This document shows positions 12,878-22,520 of a stretch of DNA of 32,559 nt, piece by piece. Origin of the DNA: Octopus bimaculoides (lineage: Eukaryota). Under the pieces are notes generated by a model that searched no databases, was not told where the DNA came from, and saw only the letters and a list, made by a program, of their open reading frames with translations. Each line of letters opens with the position of its first letter. Within the stretch, counting starts at the first letter, position 1. The stretch spans positions 176,530,597-176,563,155 of the forward strand of contig NC_068982.1 in the NCBI RefSeq assembly GCF_001194135.2. The letters run 5' to 3'. A program made the position numbers and the translations under genes.

Positions 12878-13465
12878 GCGTCTGTATATGTGCGTGTACC
12901 TATTGTATGTGTGTAAATATGAACTCATATAATAACACCATACTTCCATATTTTGACAGGATTTAATATATTCTGATTTGAGCAGTACATTTTCATATAA
13001 ATTTTACAACTTTTCTCAACTTTTGAACGTCATACAATATATGAATTTCTTTAGTATTTTTCACACTGAGATACGTAGAATATATGAGACATTTATTGTC
13101 TGTATTTGTTTCTCGAGCGAACAAATGTATCATATTAATTTTAAATCGAATACTCTCTTGGTGTTTACGGTTTAATTTCGCACTTTCAGTAGTGTGATAT
13201 AATATATTTATTATCATATACAGACTTCTTTATTTTATATTGTAAATGGTAACGTTCTTACTTTGTTTCTTTCATTTTATAAGCTGTAGTATATCAGATG
13301 ATACTAATACATTGAAGTCGAGTCAAGCTATTGTTTCTCACAATAAGCTCTTTCTCAGATGTTAAAGAATAAAATCAATATGAATATTATCTGGAAGAAC
13401 CGCAATAGTTCCGATATTGTTTAGTTTCAGATCCGCTCCGAAATACAAACGTATGATGGAAAGGG

Positions 13466-13516
13466 TTTTAATAGACAACGACTATTCTTTTATAGAATAG
13501 TCGTTGTCTATTAAAA
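13466..13516. repeat. Perfect 23-bp inverted repeat with 5-nt spacer
   Basis: TTTTAATAGACAACGACTATTCT-tttat-AGAATAGTCGTTGTCTATTAAAA. Confidence 0.95.
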
Positions 13517-15602
13517 TGTACAGAAGAAGATTATACATCAAGTTTATTCTTTAGACAATAAAGTGTTGTTTTAGGGAAATTTGTTTGGTATTCCCAAAAC
13601 GTAACTGTTTCATATACGCACACACGTTGGCTTAACTGCAATCATGATGGCAAAATGTTAGTTCTGTGTGAGCTGAGACTTTGTCAGGGTTTTTATATTT
13701 ATGTTTTAATACCATTTAATTCCAGTTATGCTTCAGAACATTAAGGAAAAATTAGATTCCTGTTTGAACATTTTATTAGTATAGGGAGTTAATCGAATGG
13801 TAATTGCAACGAGGAACATTTAAGAGTAAAATATTGACTAGAAATGGCAATGACAGGGTTCCATATGACTCACTTCCTATTCTAATAAGCAATAATCATT
13901 CTCGAAATTTTTAAGTGTGCTGAAACTATAAGAGCTGAACCTCAAATTGATTTTTACAGAGTAAAAAATTGTGATTGAGTGGAAAACTCTATCATGAAAT
14001 TGTTAAAGAAAATCACAGAGTGAGAGACTATTTAATGTACTGTATCTAGAGCAGAATTGATGTGAACTTAATCCTGTTCTACAACAGACGGTAGCTTCGT
14101 GATAAATATGAGTAACACGTGGTGCCTGATCATGGCTGTCATGTGGTATGACCAATGAAAAATGCACTATTATTTTCTTCTATCTCCACTGCAAGTTGAA
14201 TCGGACATTTCCTACGTGATATCCATTTTTGTCTCATTTCCAAATAGATAATAGTCCAAATAATATGAAAGTACACAATACGTATGGAATGGGTACTCAC
14301 AACACCAATGAATGTTTGTTTCACTATTTCTTCCATCTCACGAGAAATTCTAGACGAGGAAGTTGCCAAAATGCATCATCCATTTTCACTGGTTACTGCT
14401 GTTTTTCTCAACTTCTTCCAATATTGTGTTTTCAGCACAGCATATCCGTAACAGATGTAAACGCAGGACGAAGAATAACTCCGTAACCGGTCTATTAAAA
14501 GATTATGTATCATACTTAGGCTACTACATATACACACACACATATATATATGCACACAGACAATCACATACACACATAAATTCACACATACACGCACACA
14601 CGCACGCACACAAACAGACAAGTACGCACGCACACCGATGCTTACACATAGAAATAAAGACACGTGCGTGATATCTGTGTGACGAGTCCCTTTCAAAATT
14701 TTGTAAAACACAAGCCAGGTCGCCCTGAAATTCAAATCCCTGTCATGTAGATATATAATATTACACGAGAGAAAATGACATACTGGAGCAGATAGTGTGA
14801 ATTTATAAGGCTGTGTATGCAAAAGATTGTGAGTAATTGTGAGTAACTGTATGTGTATGTGCCTATAAGATGTTTGCAAGAGGCTTTGTTTTTTTATTCC
14901 CTTGCGCTTGTGTTTATGTGTATAGGAGTGTGTTTTAATGTTTGTTATAGTATACTTGTTGATGTGAGTATTTATATGTGTAAATGGATTTGTGTATTTT
15001 GTAAGCTAACCTCACAAGGCATTTGTATGGAAATATATGTGTGTTTTTGTATGAGCCCTCAAATGCGGGTATACCAAAAATGAATGCGTAATGAACACTT
15101 CTTTTGTTTAAGTGAAAAAATTAAAGCTTGACTAGTGTCATATTAAATTTGTCGACACTTCAGAGAAAAAGGACATGAATGAGAAATACGAGATGAAAGG
15201 AAACTGAGGAAGAGGTCAGGAGGACAGAAAAGTAAAGTATAGAGGCGGTAAGTGGAGGAACAGACAAGACTACATTAAAAGAAGTGTATGAATTTCTCTT
15301 AGGATAATTGAACGAGTGCGATAGAATGATGTGAAGTGAGTAGGAAATAGGTTGTGAGTGAGAGGAGAGGGGGAAAAAGAGGCAAGTATTAGGAATAAAT
15401 TTGATTGATAAATAATGGTAGACAGACAGTAAGATAGAGGGAGAAAGAGAGAAAGGGTGGGGAGTGGATGACAACGAAGTATAGGGTACGAAACGAGAGG
15501 TACATGTATATACGTAATAAATAATTAGCAAGTTAGTGAAAATGTGACAAAATTGAAGAATTTAGACTGTGAGGACAGAAGTTGAATGGTAGTATTAAGG
15601 AC

Positions 15603-15623
15603 ACACATACACACACACACACG

Positions 15624-15698
<75 letters not shown>
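15603..15698. repeat. Long (CA)n microsatellite, representative of many (TA)n, (CA)n, (TATG)n and (GA)n tracts (e.g. 229-300, 8805-8985, 12525-12875, 19300-19391, 21310-21620, 26180-26235, 29937-29982, 30875-30960)
   Basis: Directly visible simple repeats. Confidence 0.97.
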
Positions 15699-15701
<3 letters not shown>

Positions 15702-16303
15702 TTTATATGTAAATGCAGAGAGAGAAAGAGAGAGTTACGTAAAAGGAGGTTGAGAGAGCGTGGTGTGTAGAAATATCAATATGCAACAGAAATGAAATAG
15801 ACAGATTAAAGAATAAAAGTTTTAAAGAATACTGTGGGAAGAGAAAGTAAATTGTGATACAAGCAGAATTAAGGTACGAGAAAGAGTAACAATATAGCAG
15901 TTAGACTTCCTAAGGAAGGAGAAAGAGATGGAGAGAGGCGGGGAGTGGTACTGAAGAGAAATCGTGTGCAACAATGAAGATTAGAGAACGGTGGATAATG
16001 TGAAAGTACTTACTACAATAAGAGAGACCAAAAGAAAGGATTAAATCGTCAGAAGATCAAACTGCAAATGGATTAAGTGAATAATTCCATTTGGAAAGCT
16101 TCCGACTGATCTAAATTACTGCATAGTAATATCCAAGATTCGGTCAATAAGCAATGCAAGCAATTTAGATGGTGGTCAATACAAGAATTACATGATTTTT
16201 TATTTCTTCTTGCCATCCTAATGTTTAATTTTTCGCCCATACATGCATACATTCATACATATATACATTTACGTATTTGTGTGTGTATATATATATATAT
16301 ATA

Positions 16304-16638
16304 GTCGCTCTCTCAGATATGCCTTCAAGTGCCCGGATAGCCACTCTTGCAAGCTACGCAGACGATACAAAAGTCTCGCAGAAAATACAGAACTCCAGTG
16401 ATGTTGCACACCTGCAGCAGGAATTGGGCTCAGTTTACAGATGGGCTGAGGACAATAATATGCAGTTTAATGCTGAAAAATTCCAAGCCCTGCGCTACCA
16501 ACGTCCAAAACTGAATATGAAACTTACAGAGTACACTGGTCCACAGGGAATTTCAATCCCAGAGCCTAAATCAGTGAGAGACCTGGGTATCGACATGAGT
16601 GATGATACCTCTTTCCAAGTGCACATTACCAGAATGGC
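16304..16638 (+). mobile_element. 5'-truncated CR1/Jockey-group non-LTR retrotransposon, RT C-terminal half (continues into gap)
   Basis: Stop-free: LASYADDTKVSQKIQNSSDVAHLQQELGSVYRWAEDNNMQFNAEKFQAL..VRDLGIDMSDDTSFQVHI. Contains the YADD catalytic motif and the downstream MQFNxxK and RDLG motifs. Begins immediately after (TA)n. Confidence 0.9.
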
Positions 16639-17541
16639 NNNNNNNNNNNNNNNNNNNNNNNNNNNNNNNNNNNNNNNNNNNNNNNNNNNNNNNNNNNNNN
16701 NNNNNNNNNNNNNNNNNNNNNNNNNNNNNNNNNNNNNNNNNNNNNNNNNNNNNNNNNNNNNNNNNNNNNNNNNNNNNNNNNNNNNNNNNNNNNNNNNNNN
16801 NNNNNNNNNNNNNNNNNNNNNNNNNNNNNNNNNNNNNNNNNNNNNNNNNNNNNNNNNNNNNNNNNNNNNNNNNNNNNNNNNNNNNNNNNNNNNNNNNNNN
16901 NNNNNNNNNNNNNNNNNNNNNNNNNNNNNNNNNNNNNNNNNNNNNNNNNNNNNNNNNNNNNNNNNNNNNNNNNNNNNNNNNNNNNNNNNNNNNNNNNNNN
17001 NNNNNNNNNNNNNNNNNNNNNNNNNNNNNNNNNNNNNNNNNNNNNNNNNNNNNNNNNNNNNNNNNNNNNNNNNNNNNNNNNNNNNNNNNNNNNNNNNNNN
17101 NNNNNNNNNNNNNNNNNNNNNNNNNNNNNNNNNNNNNNNNNNNNNNNNNNNNNNNNNNNNNNNNNNNNNNNNNNNNNNNNNNNNNNNNNNNNNNNNNNNN
17201 NNNNNNNNNNNNNNNNNNNNNNNNNNNNNNNNNNNNNNNNNNNNNNNNNNNNNNNNNNNNNNNNNNNNNNNNNNNNNNNNNNNNNNNNNNNNNNNNNNNN
17301 NNNNNNNNNNNNNNNNNNNNNNNNNNNNNNNNNNNNNNNNNNNNNNNNNNNNNNNNNNNNNNNNNNNNNNNNNNNNNNNNNNNNNNNNNNNNNNNNNNNN
17401 NNNNNNNNNNNNNNNNNNNNNNNNNNNNNNNNNNNNNNNNNNNNNNNNNNNNNNNNNNNNNNNNNNNNNNNNNNNNNNNNNNNNNNNNNNNNNNNNNNNN
17501 NNNNNNNNNNNNNNNNNNNNNNNNNNNNNNNNNNNNNNNNN
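16639..17541. other. Assembly gap (one of eight: 2306-2315, 8986-9070, 11253-11343, 12576-12843, 16639-17541, 21907-22086, 22550-23390, 26236-26913)
   Basis: N runs, mostly abutting microsatellites or repeats. Confidence 0.99.
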
Positions 17542-17542
17542 N

Positions 17543-17598
<56 letters not shown>

Positions 17599-17659
17599 AG
17601 TCTGTGTGTGTGTGTCTGTGTGTGTTTATATGTATGTATGTATGTACGTATGTATGCAT

Positions 17660-18810
17660 GTAGTTTTATGCATGTATTCTCAGGTATATAGTTGCGTATT
17701 TAGACATGCTTATATATATTTAAATGTTGAATGGAAAGTTTTACAGATTTTTACATTTCCAGTGAGGGAATGGATCTATAGTCTTCGAATTAGCTTTCTC
17801 TTGTCTGGTTTTGAGAAGCCTAATTTCTCAAGACTGGTATTTAAGCAGTGTGTTACATATCCCATAGCCATAATAATTACAGGTATGTACATGAACTTGT
17901 CATCTGGATAGAGTAACTGCAGATTTCTCAATAGGAAGTTAAAAGATGTTGCCGAAAGAATATGTTGCGACATGCAAAGGCATTTTGGATTGATGTTAAG
18001 TCTCTTCCTCCTTGTTTTCGTTATAGATAGTGGCGGTTTACATCAATGTTTATGTGGAAATTATGTGTGCTTGTTAGTATTTTTCGGGTTTTTATATCAA
18101 TGACTCGGATTTCGTCAAACATCCCAAATGTTACTATGAGTACTGGCATTGCAAACACGTGGTGGGCCGCTGCTTTATTGAATGCAGAGAGTTCTGGGGT
18201 CCAAATTTTCTTTATTTGGCTGTAATATTCTTTAGTGACACGAGTTTTATTACAGGTGCCACTGTAAATATATTTTCATCCACCCTTAGATACCTGTAAC
18301 ATTCCTCGTCAGATACAGGGAAAACAGTAAAATCATCAATAGAGATGTTACTAGTCTGGTTTAGAGTTTTCCCCCTTTTCACAACCATATAACAGCATTT
18401 ATCCTGACCAAACTCCAATCCCACATCCTTTGAGAATGTTGTTACTAGGTCAAGGCTCATTTTTATCTCATGCATATTCTTTGCATAAAGTTTTAAGTCT
18501 TTCACAAAGAAAGAGTGTGTAATTCTGGCATTTGTTTTCTTGTGAACCAGTGAGATATCATTCAGACCTCCTTAACATGAATGACAAGGGGTTTACGGAA
18601 AATATAAACATCACAGAGAGGCTATCTCCTTTGAATATACCTTTGCAATATTGTATTCTATCAGTGATAATACAGTCGCTCGTTGTGTTTAATTTCAAGA
18701 TGGTGGCCCACGATGAAGTCGAGTCATCTATGGCTTTGACTATTCTTATTGGAACTTTAGCAAGTTAAAGAGCTTCTAGCATCCATGAGTGGGGAACAGA
18801 GTCAAAAGTC

Positions 18811-18812
<2 letters not shown>
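17660..18812 (-). pseudogene. R4/Dong-like non-LTR retrotransposon relic (RT domains ~3-7, thumb, and probable ORF C-terminus)
   Basis: FDSVPHSW, KGIFKGDSLS, HSFFVKDLKLYAK (decayed xDD), FSKDVGLEFGQDKC, YRYLRVDE, FNKAAAHHVFAMPVL, RKQGGRDL, then LLRNLQLLYPD..IPVIIMAMGYVTHCLNTSLEKLGF. Stops and frameshifts are present. The 3' boundary is approximate. Confidence 0.82.
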
Positions 18813-18841
<29 letters not shown>

Positions 18842-18931
18842 TGTATGCATGCATGCATGCATGTAAGTTATGTATGTATGTGTGTGTGTCTGTCCGCATG
18901 TATGTATGCATTTGTGTTTTTGTCTAACTAT

Positions 18932-19146
18932 CTTTTCCATTTTCCCCGAGCGTCAAACTAATATACTTGCTTGTTTTCCTACACCTGTCTTGATCGTTGT
19001 TTTTCTATAAATTTGAACCATATATTTATTGTTTTGTTTTGTTTTTCCATGAATACATGGTTCAAATTTATAGAAAAACAAAGATCAAGACAGGTGTAGG
19101 AAAACAAGCAAGTATATTAGTTTGACGCTCGGGGAAAAGGGAAAAG
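18932..19146. mobile_element. Foldback/MITE-like element with 90-bp inverted arms
   Basis: Arms 18932-19021 and 19057-19146 are reverse complements with 2 mismatches; 35-bp AT-rich spacer. No clear TSD. The inverted repeat is certain; the MITE identity is inferred. Confidence 0.7.
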
Positions 19147-19347
19147 TCTTTTATATTTCGAACCTATCTCTTCGGCAGAAAGGAATAAGAGGAAATACAT
19201 AGAGGGGAATGAAATAAACGTGTTGAGTTCAGTGGTCCAGCATAGCAAGTAGATACATGAATGCATACATACGTATATACGTACACGCATACATGCATGC
19301 ATGCATCCATCCATATATACATATATACATACATATATACATATATA

Positions 19348-19391
<44 letters not shown>

Positions 19392-19429
<38 letters not shown>
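19392..19429 (-). repeat. 38-nt poly(T) on + strand (poly(A) on -)
   Basis: Directly visible, abutting a (TA)n tract. Confidence 0.95.
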
Positions 19430-19430
<1 letters not shown>

Positions 19431-21553
19431 ATATTTCTTTTAAGCATAGCGAGACTAGTAACCTCAATATACGTATCGTCTGCAACACAATGTTTGTTGA
19501 GTGTAGACTGGTATCACTTGCCATTCCCTAAATCATGATCTAGTAAAAAGCATTAAATTACTTTGAACAGTTGCTGAAGTTATTGAAATGCGTTTGTTTT
19601 CCTGTGGATAGTCCGAAATATTCAAGATGTTCCCTAATCTCCATAGCATTCGGGTAACAGGAAAATCAGCAATTGTGATACCGGGGTTGGATAGGAAATT
19701 CTAACAAAATGAAATGAAATTACAGAATAATGTAAATGTCTCTAAATTTAGTGTCTCATATAGATCAATATTGGATAATTTTGATACGTTTATCTTCCAA
19801 ATGTAATGTGAAAGGATGAAATACTTTACCAGAATACAAAACAACAAAAACCGTTCCATGAAGTTTGAAAGAAATCTTACTGAATTCTCGTAACCTAACT
19901 GAAACCATTCCTTATTTACAATTCTACTGCTCCGGAGCAATGAAAGGTTTCTCCATACTTAGTGTGTCTGGTGTATTCTACACAGTAAGATTCAAGTTGC
20001 ACGGTATTGACTCATCAATTTATTCTCATGTTGCCATGAGAATAAAAAAAAAATTAATCAAAGGCTTTTCTAAATTTGGACAACCCACTTGTCAGTGTTT
20101 CGAATCTCATTTTACTCCAAATGCTAGTAATTATCAAATTCTTTTTCATTCCACCAAACAACTTTGCAGGAAGAACATATGCAGTTACTTCCATTTTCAA
20201 AGTGTTGAAAATGGAAATAATTGATTCTAGCAATTGTACATAAATATGGGTCCTTCAAAAGTTTTGGAATACAATATGCATGCACTAAAAGTATTAAAGA
20301 CACATAGGAAAACCTTAAACTTGCTTGTTTCATATTGTGGCAGGAAAAAATATACCTCGATATAATTTAAAGAAGCCGGTAGTATAGAGAACGAAATTTG
20401 CGATGTTAATAGCTTCGTGCTCATGGTATAAAAAGTGGGATAAAAAGTAGTTAATGGAATTGATATTTAGAATGCATCGAATGCTGATAACGAGACCATC
20501 AGCTGTAAAGTCCATAAAAATGAAAAGACACGCAGATACGAAACAGTTAAAAAAGTCTTTGAAAAACAAAATAAATATCTGAAAAATTAGTAAAATGATT
20601 CCTGCTTTAAAGCCACTTCAAGAAAAAGAGTCGACATACCAAGAAATAACAAAAACTTAAGTTATCAGCAAAAGTTTAAGTACCAAACAGAGCTGGTAGT
20701 AGCATATCTAGTTTTTGTCATCATCTCATATTGTGCACAAACTAAGATGCCAATATGTTTAATTGAATAACGTAGTTTTTGTTCAAGGGATTACCGCTTC
20801 TATTTTAAGTCGTATCTTTTGATGGTTTATATATAAGTTCATGCAAAGAATCTTTTTAATATACGCTTGTATAATGTTGATGAATGGAAATTTATGCAAC
20901 TGTATGCTGTACTCCGTAACTAAAAGAACTTAAAAACGATGCCTCACTTCTCTCAGATTAAGCGATGTATGATAGCAAAGGGAAAATATAATCTAAGACA
21001 TGGTGTATACTTAAGTAAATAAATGCCTAAGTAAATAAATACATACATATACACAAACAGGTATGTGTTCACATACTATCATCCAGAAATTTGCAAAACA
21101 ACCAGAAATGATCACAAAGACATACACACACATAAACACACACACACAAACACACACACACACAATCACTCGCGCAGGCATACATACACGCATGCAGGTA
21201 TATATCACGTGATCACATGACCGATCGAACAGTCAAATGTTACACATCGCTGATAAAAATGCGATTTACATTGTCTCAACCTTTGAATGACGCCACCTCG
21301 CTTCGAATGACACATACACACACACACGCACGCATGCACACACACACACGCACGCATGCACACACACACGCACGCATGCACACACACACGCACGCCCACT
21401 AACAAACACACACACGGACACACGCGCACAAACACACACACATGCAAGCACGCACGCACACACGCACACACAAACACAGATATATATACACGTGCACATA
21501 TAGGCACTAACATATATATCGCTATATATACAGATATATAACTATATATATGG

Positions 21554-21615
<62 letters not shown>

Positions 21616-21873
21616 ATATAACGATATATGTGTATATATAGCAATATATATGTATGTGTTTGTATGTGCAATTATATGAATATATGTGTGTATGCTGTGT
21701 TGTGAGTGTGCGCATATGTATAATGATGCACTTACCTTATGCAAGCAAACATTGATATGTGGTCTGTTGGGTCAATTATTCAAGGAGACTAGTTTCCAAC
21801 AGTTAAAGAAGTGCAACAATTAAGGAGTCATTGATGCAGAAACATGAATTCGTAAATGTCTGTCTGTTTGTCA

Positions 21874-21906
<33 letters not shown>

Positions 21907-22096
21907 NNNNNNNNNNNNNNNNNNNNNNNNNNNNNNNNNNNNNNNNNNNNNNNNNNNNNNNNNNNNNNNNNNNNNNNNNNNNNNNNNNNNNNNNNNNNNN
22001 NNNNNNNNNNNNNNNNNNNNNNNNNNNNNNNNNNNNNNNNNNNNNNNNNNNNNNNNNNNNNNNNNNNNNNNNNNNNNNNNNNNNNNATATATACAC

Positions 22097-22129
<33 letters not shown>

Positions 22130-22189
22130 TGTATATATGTATACATAGCATAGCGAGAGAAAGAGAGAGGCAAAGAGAGTCGAAACAGC

Positions 22190-22520
22190 AACTATACACA
22201 TTATTGCATATTACCACATAAGCATGGCTGTTCCGTAGGAACCAACGTTACTATTATTTATAACCTCAGGAAGACGCCTCTGTAGTGGATGATTATCCAC
22301 CACTGAGGATGACCCCAAAGAGGTCGAAACCGCTCGGTCTTGTGGACTTGTCGTCTTGTGGATAGAATATGGTAGAGAGTCCGGCCACTGCTTCCAGTGT
22401 TTACTGGGTGCAGATGGCATCGATTAACCAGCTGGAGTAGGCGTCCTCCTGCGCTTAAAAATGCCAGTAACGTCGTTTCCTATGGAATAGCTATGTTTAA
22501 GTGGCGATAAGCATTACTTG
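22190..22520 (+). repeat. Hammerhead-associated interspersed repeat, copy B (Penelope pseudo-LTR or retrozyme-like)
   Basis: GC-richer island between microsatellites. Carries the hammerhead at 22296-22346 and a 3' segment homologous to 81-180. The left boundary is approximate. Confidence 0.7.
22296..22346 (+). ncRNA. Minimal type I hammerhead ribozyme
   Basis: Stem I TCCAC(C)A 22296-22302 / T(T)GTGGA 22340-22346; core CTGAGGA 22303-22309; extra T 22310; stem II GACC-ccaaaga-GGTC 22311-22325; GAAA 22326-22329; near-palindromic stem III ACCG-CT-CGGT 22329-22338; GUC triplet with predicted cleavage after C22339. Confidence 0.8.

Noticed and set aside
12431-12966. Long ORFs rich in X, IY, CV or HT (also 8915-9234, 16571-17663, 21803-22221, 22480-23599, 26091-27084)
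   Set aside because: Artefacts of N gaps and dinucleotide microsatellites; no coding signal.
15170-15500. Purine-rich tracts (also 30500-30780)
   Set aside because: Low-complexity GA-rich decay with no periodic unit or coding signal.
21204-21305. GC-richer island beginning with the palindrome ATCACGTGAT (E-box-like)
   Set aside because: Probably a fragment of a common repeat, but there is no second copy here and a single E-box is not evidence of regulation.
21320-21400. Three to four copies of a ~20-22 bp CACGCACGCATGCACA unit (CRISPR- or minisatellite-like)
   Set aside because: Higher-order slippage within a (CA)n tract, with no unique spacers; eukaryotic context.
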